Assembly (NCBI GenBank): GCA_013265495.1 | Contig: MU058252.1 | Location: 1 to 64,000, forward strand | Length of the DNA: 64,000 nt | Reading direction: 5' to 3' | Origin: Vicugna vicugna | Lineage: Eukaryota | Shown: positions 40,461-53,613 of the stretch, one piece after another | Numbering within the stretch: position 1 is the stretch's first letter | Layout: each line of letters starts with the position of its first letter | Notes under the pieces: generated by a model | What the model saw: the letters and a program-made list of their open reading frames with translations, nothing else | The model's database searches: none | What the model was told of the DNA's origin: nothing | Program-made: the position numbers and the translations under genes

Positions 40461-41109
40461 GCTCTTTCTCTTCCTGTCCCAGGTGATTCGGGATCTCCTG
40501 GCTCCGGTGCAGACATGGCCTAGCTGAAGAACCACACCACACACAGCCAGTCCTGAAAATGGCACAGAAATGGCATCAAAAACCCCGACCACAACGATAC
40601 GAATCTCTTAAGGGGGTGGACCCCAAGTTCCTGAGGAACATGCGCTCTGCCAAGAAGCACAGCAAGGAGGGCCTGAAGGAGATGCAGGCCAGCAACACCA
40701 AGGCCACAAGCGCACGTGCTGAGGCCATCAAGGCTCTCGGAAAGCCCAAGGAGGTCAAGCCCAAGATCCCACAGGGCGGCAGCCGCGAGCTCAGTTGACT
40801 TGCCGACGTTGTTCACCCCAAGCTCAGGAAACGTGCTCATGTCTGCAGCACCGCCAAGGGTCTCAGGCTCTGTCAGCCAAAGGCCAAGGCCAAGGCTCAG
40901 GCCAAGGCCGCAGCTCCAGCTGCAGCTGCAGCTCAGGCTCCCAAAGGTGCCCAGGCCCCCACAGAGGCTCCAGAGTAGAGGCTTTCATCTCTGATGTGAG
41001 AATAGAAGGACTAGTGTGACCCCTGTGCTGCTGTCTGCATGGGGTTCATGTCTACCTGTGCTGTTTGTACAAATAAACTTGAGGCAGGATCTGTCAGTCA
41101 AAAAAAAAA
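40461..41109 (+). pseudogene. RPL29: RPL29 (60S ribosomal protein eL29) processed pseudogene, full length
   Basis: 5' TOP-like CTCTTTCTCTTCC and ATG at 40515, reading [20 protein letters not shown] then a frameshift into [24 protein letters not shown] at 40976-40978, AATAAA at 41072-41077, polyA at 41100-41109, and TSD AAAATGGAGC(G/T)AATA at 40446-40460 and 41106-41120. No introns. Confidence 0.95.
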
Positions 41110-41656
41110 TGGAGCTAATAATCTCTACTTCCCAGTATGGCTGTAAGTATGAAATGAGAAGGAGATATAAAGCACAGTGTTTAGCCACAAGTAACTAAAC
41201 ACATGGCAGAGGCATCTGTTTCACAGTTTAGCTGTGTACTTTTTCCCACCCATGAAACACTTCTACCGTCAAGCCTTCATTCCTCCCACCTGTCTATTTG
41301 TCTGTCCCCAAAGCTCTCCACACATCCCATCCTCCCATCCTTTAGTGAAAATCTCCTCTATGACCTCCTACATGGCAGCTTGAGATCTGATCAATCCTCC
41401 ACCCCTGTTAATCAGACATTGTTTCTTGGACTCCATTTTCCACATATGTTGGTTTTGTCTTTTCATTAACATATGAGGACACCTGTAGAGATGAAGCCAC
41501 ATTGGTTTCTTCTTTTTCCCCTTACATCATACTCTGACACGTGACAAACACATCAGAGACATCTGACTTTATGTAAATGACTACCTACTCTGATGGTCCC
41601 CAGAGCCATGGAAACCAGTACTGCTAGCTACTTTGTAGACTTACTGTGATTAGACT

Positions 41657-41837
41657 AGTGGTTCAAAGTGTGGGCCATGGACCAGCAGCATGAACTGGAA
41701 ATGGGTTAGAAATGCAGAGTCTTGGGCTCCATCTCAAACTTACAGAACCAGAAACTCTGGGAGTGAAGTCCAACAATCTGTGTTTTAACAAACCATCCAA
41801 GTGAGGCTGACGCATGGTAAAGATTGAGAACCACTGA
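41657..41837. mobile_element. MER5A hAT-Charlie MITE
   Basis: AGTGGTTCAAAGTGTGG...GACCAGCAGCA...TGTGTTTTAACAA...TTGAGAACCACTG. Confidence 0.75.
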
Positions 41838-42175
41838 GCTAAGGCATTTTCTGAAGGTCCTTCACCTCTGATTAAATCAGCTAGAGGGGGAGCTTAGAGG
41901 GGAGAAACAAAGCACATCTGAAATGTAAATGTTTTAGTTGGGAAAGTCAGCATTGGACCCTCTCATCTAAGATGGACCTAAAAGAAAGAAAATGTAGGGG
42001 TGCTTTGGACAGTGAAGAAATGGCCTAAATGTCCTATGTAGGGAGCAAAGCCAGAAAGTTAAGGTGCCTCAGAGATAAACCTCTTACTGCTATTTGCAGC
42101 TGGGCACAGGGCTTCAGCTCTACAGCTGGAGCCCAGACATGATGGTAACCCAACCTCAACAATGTAAATGATGAC

Positions 42176-42360
42176 ATGCGGTCTCAAAATGCAGTCCTTG
42201 GACCAGCAGCATTAGTGTCACCCGGGGACTTGTAGAAATCCCACTCTTCAGGCTCCACCCAAATCCTACTAACTCAGAAACTCCAGGGGTGCTGCCTGGC
42301 CATATATGTTTTCACAAGCTCTTCGGGCAATTCTGATGCAGGCTAAGGTTTGGAAACTGT
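42176..42360. mobile_element. MER5A hAT-Charlie MITE (second copy), followed by a MIR-like piece to ~42500
   Basis: GGTCTCAAAATGCAGTCCTTGGACCAGCAGC...TCAGAAACTC...ATTCTGATGCA...GTTTGGAAACTG. Confidence 0.7.
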
Positions 42361-43049
42361 TGTGCTAGGCACTGGGGCTACAGGTTTTACATGCATTTTT
42401 CCGTTTAATTCTGACAATCCTATAAGTAGTTTAAGTTTTTCCCATTTTAAGATGAAGGAAATTAGGGTCATATTTGCCCAAGGACACATAACTGGTCAGT
42501 GGCCATTGTGGTCAGGGGCCAAAATCCCGTTGCATATATATACAAAGGATGTGTTTTGGCCATCTATGGTCCCTGATGGGCTCTGGGTTATTAAAACTGG
42601 GGGTAGGGGGCAGGAGGAAGATGGCAAGTTAGAACTAGAGCAAATTGAGCTTTGTCTACAATTTCTGTGAATGATATCCAAACCCAGGATCTGGTAGCAA
42701 GTGAGACCTGAGGTGCCTCTTTTAAAAGATCCTGCATGTCTGAGAGCAGTGGGTCATAGACTACAGCGAACGAATCTTCCAGCCTACACCTGGTGTTTGA
42801 GGACTTGGACCTTCAACTCTTCGCTGGAATTATTTCGATCTATGTTCAGTCCCTTTGACCTCTTTGACAGTCTCTCCCTGTGTGTTGTTATCTTTACCTA
42901 ACCACTCTCCTGGTGGAAGAGCTTTACTCGGAAGAGAGGAATGACAGCTCAGGGAGAGTGGGCAGGTTCATGTTTGGCACAGGGGGACTTCAGTCCCTTC
43001 AGATGACACCAGGTCAGTTGGTTTTCTGCCCTCTCAGAGGATGAAGCTT

Positions 43050-43420
43050 GCCTCAGGTGCAGCTCTGGGGTTGTGGTTTCCTTTCACAGATATGATAGAA
43101 ACAGTTATTTTTCACTTTTGGTTAAAATAAAAAGAAAACACCCGGAAACCAAATTCTTCTCAAGATATAGCTGAACATAGAACAAACCTGAAAAATATAA
43201 GAGTTTCGTGTAGGAAGTGGTTGGAAAGGAAATGAAGGGTGGACAGGCTTCCTGAGCCCAGGGGAGGGGCCAGGAAATAGATTGGGTGGAGACCTCAGTG
43301 GGCTCACCCCAAATTTCACAAATAGGGTCCTTCTACAAGCTCACTTGAGCCACAATAGTTCTGCTTTCATGCACTGAGGGGATGGGGTGGGTGGGGAGGC
43401 AAAGGAAGTGAAAGAGGACA
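43050..43420. promoter_or_regulatory. Candidate haematopoietic enhancer
   Basis: Non-repetitive sequence with E-box, RUNX, ETS, GATA, MYB, IRF and EICE motifs within 370 bp (see findings). Confidence 0.5.
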
Positions 43421-43805
43421 TTGAGGAGGACACCCCCCCGCAAAAGATATCCAAATGCAGAGCATGCAAAGCAAGATAAAGGACAGGGCTTTTGAATCTG
43501 CTTTTCACACAGCTCACAGCTGGGACCGTGAAACTTCAACCCCAAGTCTTTTTCTAAGCAGTCTTTTCTGACTACCCACCTCTGGTTAATTTAGCTTATC
43601 TCTTACACACTCCCAATGCACCCTGGCATTTTCCTTAATAACATTTACCATGCTATAGTCTTTGTTCAATGTCAGGCTTGCCTAAGAAAGTAAGAGGTGA
43701 TGGGGAAAGGTGGTGATGGTAAAAACCTTATTTTCTGAAAAGATAGAACCAGAATACTTCTAGAGAGGAAGTATCTATTCAGAAAAACATAAGACTGAGA
43801 AATTT

Positions 43806-43865
43806 GGAAGGAAGGAAGGAAGGAAGGAAGGAAGGAAGGAAGGAAGGAAGGAAGGAAGGAAGGAA
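43806..43865 (+). repeat. (GGAA)15 microsatellite
   Basis: Perfect repeat, directly counted. Confidence 0.95.
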
Positions 43866-45919
43866 GATGAGACACCCAAACTAGATACAGCTAGAACCAG
43901 GGAAATCAAAGGAAGAAGAATTACTTTGTTTTAGAAATGGATAAGATCACTCATGAAGAAATGCAAAAATTCTTAATTAGCTATTAACAGATAGAATCCA
44001 GCAATACCTTAAATGATAAAAATTTGTCCCAAGTATGCAAAGATGGTTCAGTATCAGGAATACTTTCATATAATTTAATGTTTTATAAAGCCAAGGAGAA
44101 ACATAATTCTGTCATCTCCTTAGCTGATGAAAAGAAAAATTTCCTTCCTATCTGCTTTGGTAAAATTCAGCATCTAATAATTGATTACTTTCTTACCATA
44201 ATAAAAATTTCCATCTCAACCTCAAAGCCTGCACTTTGTTTAACTGGAAACACTGTGGTATTACCACAAAACAGTTAAGAACAAGTTAAGGAAACCTACC
44301 ATATTGTGATTATTTCATATTCTTTTAGACACAAGTCACAATAAACTAACAGTGAACAAAATTGGATTTAAAAAAAATCCAAGAGGATAAGATGATCATT
44401 TCTGGCTCTGTAAAGAACAAATCAATATCAAAAAGACTAACAAGAGAATTTAAACATGAGCAACAGATTTATAAGACAGACATTAATTTTAAAAGTTATA
44501 GATCTTCAACAGAGGAAAAATGATTCACCACATTCGTACTTCATAACACATATAAAAATCACACTGATATAATTTTTCATCAATTAAATTGACAGATAAA
44601 ACCATGAGCAAGGATATGGGGGAATTAATAAAATGCTGGTATAACTAATTTGGTTAAATTGTTTTATTGTGGACAATTTAGTAGCATCTATCAAAATTGC
44701 AAATGAATCTACCAATTGTCTAGCAATTTCATTTCTAGGAATCTATTCAGGTGAGCCAATTATCTACTGCTGTATAACAAATCACTCCAAAACTCATAAA
44801 ACAACAGTTTTATTATGCTCATTATTTTGTGTGTCAGGAAGTCGAGCAGAGCACAGAAGGTGCCAGGTGCCTCTGCTCCATGAAGCCCGGGGCTTCGGTA
44901 GGAGTGGCTCAAATGGCTGGGACACTGGACTAGAGCCACATGTCTGTGCCTCTCTGGTTGTCAGCTGTGTTCCTCGATTCTTCTCTGTGTTGTATCTGCT
45001 GGAGGTGGAATGTCTTCACTGTTCACCAAGGTGACAGCACTTTACTCCTGGTGGTTTTGATTCCAGCGTTCACCACAGTAATGTAAAGTCAGAGGAATTT
45101 AAAGGAGTTATTGGTCAGCTTTGTGCACTAAGAGAGGAGGGCAATCAAAGAGCAGGTAAGCAGTCACAGCGGTTATTCAGTGGGGGTGACACTGTGCGGG
45201 GATGAGCTGGTAAAGGAGTGGGTGGAACAGTCCATCCCTGGGGTAGGCCCAGGTCCAATTCCGAGGAGCTGGGAACTAGCTTTACATCATGGGACGTGAT
45301 GTACCATCAACTCCAGAAGAAGATGATTGTAAGCCATCATCTAAAACCATAGACAAAGCAATGCAGTGGAATAAAACTCAAAATAGGCATCTCTTTGTGT
45401 TCCCTTGCTTGCAGACATACCTCCTTTGGTGACGTAACACTGCTGTAATCACATCTTTTAGTGGAATGCTTCTGTTAGTGCCATTTGTTTGATGTAAATT
45501 TTCTTGAAAATTTTTCTAATTTAAAAATTTCGTCATAAATCCTCACACTTATTCCATGAGTTTGACCCTTCTTAAAACTGTGAGCATCATTTGGGACCAG
45601 GTCTCTGACAGTAAGTTCTTTGCCATGTAAAGCTAACAGTTCCTCACACTTTTCAGTGGACAAGTCACTAAATTCAGCCTCTTTAAAAAGATCCAGGTTG
45701 GTTTTGTTTGTTTGTTTGTTGAGGTTTATTCATTTGTTCACTGAGTTCTTGTTTTGCTTTGCTTTGCTTTGCCCCCACCAATTCCATGAAACTCTGGACA
45801 TCAGGCATCACTGTTCCTTTCCAGCTTCATCAGTTCACCCCACACACTGAACAGCCATTGTGACTGGTGTTTGATTTCCCTCCTCTCTCACCAAACCTCT
45901 TTTCTTTTTCTTCTCTCTC

Positions 45920-46438
45920 TTTTTGATTGAAGTGTTGTTGATTTACAATGTTATATTAGTTTCAGGTGTACAACACAGTGATTCAAACTCTTTATAGATT
46001 ATATTCCATTTAAAGTTACTATAAGCTGTTGGTTATATTCCCTGTGCTGTGTATTACATCCTTGTATCTTGTTTATTTTACAACTAGGAGTTTGTACTTC
46101 TTAATCTCCTTCCCCTATCTTGTCCCTCCCCCGACCCCTCCCCGCTCTGGTAACCACAAGTTTGTTCTCTCTATCTATATTTTGTTATATTATTTATTTT
46201 TAAGGTTCCACATATCAGTGTAAACATATAGTATTGGACTTTCTCTGACTGACTTACTTCACTAGGCAGAATTTCATTCTTTTTATAGCTGAGTAATATT
46301 CCACTGTATGTATATATATACACATATATATACCACATCTTCACCCATTCATCTGTGAATGGACACTGAAGTTGCTTCCATATCTTGACTATTGTAAATA
46401 ATGCTTCTGTGAACATTGGGGTCCACATATCTTTTCAA
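45920..46438 (-). mobile_element. 5'-truncated L1 3' end
   Basis: ORF2 end (TPMFTEALFTIVKIWKQ...EVSQSEK) plus 3'UTR on minus. Confidence 0.85.
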
Positions 46439-47130
46439 GCATCAAATCTCTTTCAAGCAACTCTAATCAGTACATAAACATGTTTTAAATTATCTTGTTT
46501 TCTTTTAATTTGGGAGTGTAATTTGAATTCATAATGTATATTTAACCTTTCATAGGATAAATTTTTACTTAATGATATGGAGAATATGATTCCAACAATT
46601 AAAAACACATCCAAACAACATGGGTACGAGACATGATGCTGTCAGAAAGCAACTGAGATAGGCCCACAGTTCACTCTATATCCTCTTTCCCTGGCTCGCA
46701 TGCAATGTCATTGCATGCACAGTCAGATGATTTACATGCACAGTCAGATTTGCTATATGGGTTTTCAATCCAAATAATGAATTTTGGGTAAAGCTGTGTA
46801 TAGAAAATATTCAAATTATGGGTGTTTGAATGGTGAGGGATAACTTGAGGTTAAACATTCTCTGAATTCTTACTGATTAAAACATAATAGTGAGTTGAAA
46901 ATAGAGAGTTGCTTAGTAGAGCAAAAATCGCAACAGGCCTAAAAGAGACCACTTCAATTTTTAAGTTTCTCAATGAAAACCTCCCTATTCCAGTTTTGAG
47001 AAATTTCTTTGGTGTTAAACAATTTATTCCTTTTACTTTGCATTTTCTTACCATATTTTTACCTGTGCACCCCTCTCCGTCAACAAACATAATGTTTTGT
47101 ATTATCTTATTAAAAAGGATATACTCTATA

Positions 47131-47340
47131 ATTGTGCTGTCCAATATGGTGGCCACTAGCCACATGAGATCATTGAATTATACGAATTAAAATTAAATAA
47201 AATTTAAAATTCATTTTCTCCACCACACTAACCACATTTCAAGGGCTCAATAGTCGCATGTGGCTGGTGGCTACCACACTGAACAATGAAGATATTGAAC
47301 ATTTTTGTCATCACAGAACATTCAATTGAACATCATTGCC
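47131..47340. mobile_element. MER3-like hAT-Charlie element
   Basis: TGTGCTGTCCAATATGGTGGCCACTAGCCACATG...CACATTTCAAG...CATGTGGCTGGTGGCTACC. Confidence 0.7.
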
Positions 47341-48254
47341 AAGAAGAAATTTCATCAGGGATGTCTTTAAAAGTATGCTGTGACTTCTCTTCAGATGGCC
47401 CAGTAATGAAGAATAATATTTGTCCCTCAAAACCTAGAGGAATGGTATAAAAACAGAAGGTTCTATTTCTCCAGCTGCAGGGGTTGCTGCTAGCTGTCAG
47501 CTCCGTCCAGAAATTGGCTTGTGCTGAGGAGAGATGCCTTATGTAAGTCCTTCCCAGGGGAAGTTTTCATCCAAAAACCGGCAAATGGGATTATAAAGCA
47601 CAGCCACTCACCTTCACTCTAAAGGTGCAACCAGACTTTAGATCTCTGCATCTTTGTGGAGTGGGCATTTGTTGTAACAGCATCACAGTCTAAGTTCCCT
47701 CTGCCTGATCCTGTGTTCTTTCCTCCCAGCTCAGGTGTTAATCCTGAGATGGCTCCCAAATAAACTCCCTGCATACCTGTCTCCATCTCAGCAGTCTGCG
47801 TTCCTTGGAGCCCAGACTTTAATACTCACACACATATACCACCTATATTGGGAAATGTATTAATATAATTTACAATATTAATAGGTTAAAAGAAAAAATC
47901 ATGGAATTGTTGCAATCAACATGAAAAGACATTTTTACAAACTTACACCTCAGATAAAAAGACTTTAATGAAATAAGGCTGCAAGAAGTGGACTATACTG
48001 ATTTCAAAATAAACTAATTAAATGCCAAAATCCAGCATCAGTGTCAATGATAAGATATTAGGTGCCATGAAGTTAAAATAAAAAGTAAAAAACAAAATTA
48101 GCTCACTTTTTAAATGGCAATAACCAATGGAAATTATACAAGGAAAAGCAATAGAAGGTCCACTTTGAGAAATAAGGGGATAAAGTATCACTACTTGCAG
48201 CTGAGTCTTCGACAAACCTAGAAATCCCAAGATAATCAAAAGAAGTGAAAAAAT

Positions 48255-50145
48255 TTTTTAATTTTTTTTCAAGTGTAGTTGATTTACAATGTTAGTTTCA
48301 GATGTACAGTAAAGTGATTCAGTTATACATATATATACATACATTTTTTTCTTTTCAGATTCTTTTCCATTATATGTTATTACAAGAAATTGAATATAGT
48401 TCCCCATGCTGTACAGTAGGTCCTTGTTGTTTACCTATTTTATAATGTAGTAATGCATGTCTGTTAATCCCCAACCCCTAATTTATCCCTCCCTGCCCTT
48501 TCCCCTTTGGTAACCATAGTTTGTTTTCTATATCTGTGAGTCTGTTTTTGGTTTGTAAATAGAATTTGTATCTTTTTTAAATTCCACATGTAAGTGATAT
48601 TATATGATATTTACCTTTCTCTGACTTACTTCACTCAATATTATCACCTCTAGGTTCATCCATGTTGATGCAAATGGTATTAGTTTATTTTTTATGACTG
48701 AGTCACATCCCATTATATATATAATACACACACACACACACACACACACACACTTTATACATACCTTCTTTATCCACTCATCTGTCAATGGACTTTTGGG
48801 TTGTTTCTAAGTCTTGGCTATTGTAAATAGTGCTGCTAAGAACACTGAGGTACATGTATCTTTTTGAATTATATTTTTCTCTAGATATATACCCAGAAGT
48901 GGGATTGCTGTGTCATATGTCAAGTCTATTTTTAGTTTTTAAAGGAACCTCCATACCGTCCTCCATAGTGGCTGCACCAATTTATGTTCCCGCCAACAGT
49001 GTAGGAGGGGAAGTTTCTTTTCCTCCACACCCTCTCCAGCCTTTATCATTTGCAGACTTCTTAATGATGGCCATTCTGGCCGGTGTGAGGTAATATCTCA
49101 TTGTAGTTTTGATTTGCATTTCTTTGATAATAATCAATACTGAGCATCTTTTCATGTGCTTTTTAGCCATCTCGATGTCTTTTTTGGAGAAATGTCTGTT
49201 TAGGTCTTCTGCTCATTTTTGATTGGGTTGTTTGGTATTTTAATATTAAGCTGTATAAGCTATTTGTATGTTTTGGAAATTAGTCCCTTGTCAACTGTGT
49301 CATTTGCAAATATTTTCTCCCAGTCTGTAGGTTGCTTTCTGTTTTGTTTATGATCTCCTTTGCTGTACACAAGCTTGGAAGGTTAATTAGATCCCATTTG
49401 TTTATTTTTGCTTTAATTTCCATTACTCTAGGGTCTGGTTCAAAAAATATTGCTGAAATTTATGTCAAAGAGTGTGCTGCCTCTTTTATAGTATCTGGTC
49501 TTATGTTTAGGTCTTTAATCAATTTTGAGCTTATTTTTGTATATAGTGTTAGAGAATGTTCTACTTTCTTTTACATGTAGCTATCCAGCTTTCCCATCAC
49601 CACTTGTTGAAAAGAGTGTTTTTTCTCCATTGTATATTCTTGCCTCTTTTGTCATAGATTGATTGACCATAAGTGCGTGGGTTTATTTCTGGTCTTTCTA
49701 TCCTGTTCCATTGATCTATGTGTCTGTTTTTGTGCTGGTACCATACTGTTTTGATTACCGCAGCTTTGTAGTATAGTCTAAAGTCAGGGAGTATGATTCT
49801 TCCAGTTCCACTCTTCTTTTTCAAGATTGTTTTGGCTATTTGGGTCTTTTGTGTTTTTATACAAATTAAAAAAATTTGTTTTGTTCCATTTCTGTGAAAA
49901 ATATCATTGGCAGGGATTGATAGGGATTGCATTGCATTTGTATATTGCCTTGGATAGTATGGCCATTTTAACAATATTGAGTCTTCCAATCCAAGAATAT
50001 GGTATATTTTTCCATCTGTTTGTGTTGTCTTCAATTTCTTTAGTGTCTTATGGTTTTTGGAATACAGGTCCTTTGTTTCCTTAGGTAGGTTTATTCCTAG
50101 GCATTTTATTCTTTTTGATGTGATGGTAAATGGGATTGTTTGAAA
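48255..50145 (-). mobile_element. 5'-truncated L1 (~1.9 kb)
   Basis: ORF2 C-terminal segments ([32 protein letters not shown]) and 3'UTR, with an internal (CA)n at ~48726-48752. Confidence 0.9.
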
Positions 50146-50559
50146 ACTATTTTTAGACATACTGAAACAAGTAAATTGGCAAGATATAAAGTTAATTAAT
50201 TAAAAAATTTTTAAATTTTTTTTATTGAAGTTGGTTTATAATGTGTTAATTCCTGGTATGCAGCACTCCTTATTGTACTCCTCTGTACAAAATAGAAGTG
50301 CTTTAGAAAGCAGAGTGAAAGAGAAAATTCTGATTTAAAATAGCAACACAAAAACTTAAATCTTCAGAAATAAAGTTGACAAGAAATATATGTCCTCTAC
50401 ATATAGAAAGACATAATATTCTAGTGAATGACACCGAAACTGCCAGCCATTTTGCAAAGTTGTTGTAGCATTTTACACTCTTACCAACAATGCAGAGTTC
50501 TGGTTATTCCACACACTCACTTGCTGTCTGTATTTATTTTTAATTTTTTAATTTTTAAT

Positions 50560-51550
50560 TCTTTCCTCCAGTTTTATTGAGATGTAGTTGACAAATAAAA
50601 CTGCGTATTTTTAAAGTGTCCAATGTGATGATTTGATATATGTATACTTTGTGAAATGATGATCACAATCACATTAATTAACACATCTTTTATCCCGCAC
50701 AGTTACTTTATTTGTGTATGTGGTGAGAATGACCAAGATCTGCTGTTTTAGCAACTTTCAGATACACAATGCAGTATTATCATTAGCATCACCATGCTGT
50801 ACATTGAATCCCCAGAACCTACTTATCCTATAACTGAAGGTTTTTATTCTTTGACCAGCATCTCCCCATCTCCCTCAACCTCCAGCCCCTGGTAATCACC
50901 ATTATACTCTCTAAGCTCTAAAGAGTTCCACTTTCTTTTTTTAGACTCCACATATAAGTGAGTTTATATGTGGAGCATTTGTTTTTTTCTGTCTGACTTA
51001 TTTCACTTAGCATAATGCTCTAAGTTTCATCCACATAGTCATAAATAACAGAATTTCCTCCTTTCTCATGGCTGAATAATATTCTAGTCTATACAGCTTA
51101 TACCTCTTCTTTTTCCATTAATCCATTGATGGACACTTAGTTTTTTTTTCATATCTTGGCTAGTGAATAATGCTGCAATGGATATAGGAGAGCAGATATC
51201 ACCTCAAAAATCCTGACTTGTTTCCTTTGGATATCTACCCAGAAAGGAGGATTGCTAGATCATTCAGTAGTTCTACTTTTAATTTTTTTTTTAGGTGCCT
51301 CCATACCATTTTTCATAGTGGCTTTCCTAACTTACATTCCCACCAACATTGGAATCCTCTCCATCCTCACCAATACTTGTTTTTTTGATAACAGTCATCC
51401 TAACAGATGTGAGGTGATATCTCATTGTGATTTTGGTTGGTCTTTCCTTGATAATTAGTGATGTTGAGCAACTTTTCATGTACCTGTTGGCTATATGCCT
51501 GTCTTCTTTGGAAAAAATCTATTCAGATCCTTTGCTCATTTTTAAAATGG
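50560..51550 (-). mobile_element. Older L1MA-like 3' fragment
   Basis: L1 3'UTR motifs and ORF2 end (GTGAGGTGATATCTCATTGTG). Confidence 0.75.
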
Positions 51551-52049
51551 AACTATTTGTCAGGATACTTACATTCTCCAATAACTCTCTTTTGTAAACC
51601 AAAAATATCTGGGGGATTAAAAAACAATATTTTAAATATTTTATTAAAAATGTTTTTATATAGGTGCTTTACTGAATTTTATATGTGATTTAGAAAATTG
51701 ATGGGCTTTGGGTTTGATATTGCATTATATTTGTTTTCATATAAAACCATAGGAAATAGGTCTTGTTAGTGTTTTGACAGAATGTTTTGTTTTTAGGAAG
51801 AGATTACTTATATTAAGCAGGAGACTGCAGCAGTAACGGTTCTGGAAGAATTCAAATGGGATATTTAAAGGCAATCTAAGTCCCATATCCTCTCTCCCCG
51901 GCTCTGGGGAATGTCATATAAATAAGGAAAAGGAGCGTTTGAGTGAGTTCAACTTTAACTCTTTGGGTCATTCTTCCTTAATGTGGCGCTCAGATTGTTA
52001 TTGTAGCCACTGCCCTGATCATTGCTCCCCAGAGGTGCTTCCCTGACAC

Positions 52050-52725
52050 TGCAGAGCTGGACCGGAAGGGAAGGCAGGGAAGTCATAAGCGAGTTATTTC
52101 AAAATGCGTTCGTGATGGTGACTGTTCCTCACAGACTCAGACAACACGAGTATCTCCTGGGTTCCTCTTTCTGTACCCTCCCCCTTCCTGCACAGCTCCC
52201 TGTGCTGTGCGCCCCCCGCCCCCGCTCTTTCTGCCCCCACAGCAGCATTGGCCTTTAGTCTTGAGAACAGTAACTGCTACCAGTGCGCATGAGGTGTAAT
52301 TTCCCCTGCGGGTGGGGGAAGAGGGAGGTTTGTACCCAGGCAAACCCGAAACTGTGAGGACACAGCCCAGGGAGAAAGAAATCAGATCTACCAGCAGCCC
52401 CAGCAGCCCTTGCTTTCCTGTCTAGTTTAAAGGATTTAAACACTGGTTTTTCACTATTGCCTAGAAAAGGCAGTCCACACGTAAACAAACAACTCTTGAT
52501 TAAGTTTTCCCACTTTAACTGTTTATTTTTTTAAACGAGAGTTTCAGACACAGGCATGTGGTGGGGCTCTTTTGCAGTGGGGAAGCTCGGTGGAGATTGA
52601 AGAGAGGAAGAAGGCAGACTAGGTGTTTGTTTTGTGTGTTTTGTTTTTTGTTTTCTCTTCGGGGCAGAGTTGGCAAGTCACAGGTTTCAATAGGAAGCCA
52701 TCTGTTCCTTTCGACAGTAAATCAG
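52050..52725 (+). promoter_or_regulatory. Candidate GIMAP2 promoter and non-coding exon 1
   Basis: ETS ACCGGAAG (52061-52068), GC box (52214-52222), RUNX TGTGGT (52557-52562) and donor CAG|gtaagc at 52725/52726, ~1.5 kb before the ATG exon. Confidence 0.4.
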
Positions 52726-53613
52726 GTAAGCCCACATTCACAAGAAGTTCTGCAGTCTTGATTTCCAGTTCTCTGACTAAGCCCGAAAAAATAATTTTCT
52801 GAAACAAATGTGCCCTATTTTAAGGGGAATAATTTAGAGTGATGACTTTCTACTTAAGTGAAGCCAGTTTATGGGAAATGTAAACTTCATGTAATTTAGT
52901 TTACTCACAAAGAGAATTTCCTTAGCATAGAGCCAGTAAAAATGCTAACTGTGAAGAATTCGATCAATACGTGGTCATATTTCAGTGCCTTGTGTCTTTG
53001 GTTGAGGCCGTGGTTTTAAGATACTTCTCTCTGCATAGTAAACAGAACTAAACGGTAAGACTTCTTCATGATTGAGGAATGAGTGAAAATTCAAGTAATG
53101 AATGGATCCACTGAAGTGTGTTTCTGGATTAAAGGATAATGTACTTTTCCAGAGTCATGTTCTTACTTCCTTGTGTCTCTTGGGTAAGGACTCGGAATGA
53201 AGGGAGGAGGGTTGGAGACAGGGAGAAGGAAAGATGGGAAGAGGAGGGGAAGGAGCAAAGGAAAGAGGTGTCTGGACCTCGGACCCAAGGCAGACCTGGA
53301 AAGGACATGAGGAAAGCAGAGGTGTGTGGCCAAGGAAAGCAAGAGAAGGGGCAGGAGAGTCCTGAGAAGGAAGGAAAAAAATTAGATGAGGTGGGTGTGG
53401 AAATAAGAAGTAGGTGTAGCTGACAAATGAAGCCTACTTTCTGACTCACTGGGTTGATGCTGAGCAAGTGATTCAATTTCTCTGTAAAATAGAGATAGTA
53501 ATCCTCATTCCCCCATCTCGTCAGCTTCCTGTAAGCAAGCAAAGCAGGACTGTGAATGTGCTCTGGAAATATAAGGGTCTTTCATGAGTCAGAACTAAAA
53601 AATAATCATTTTT

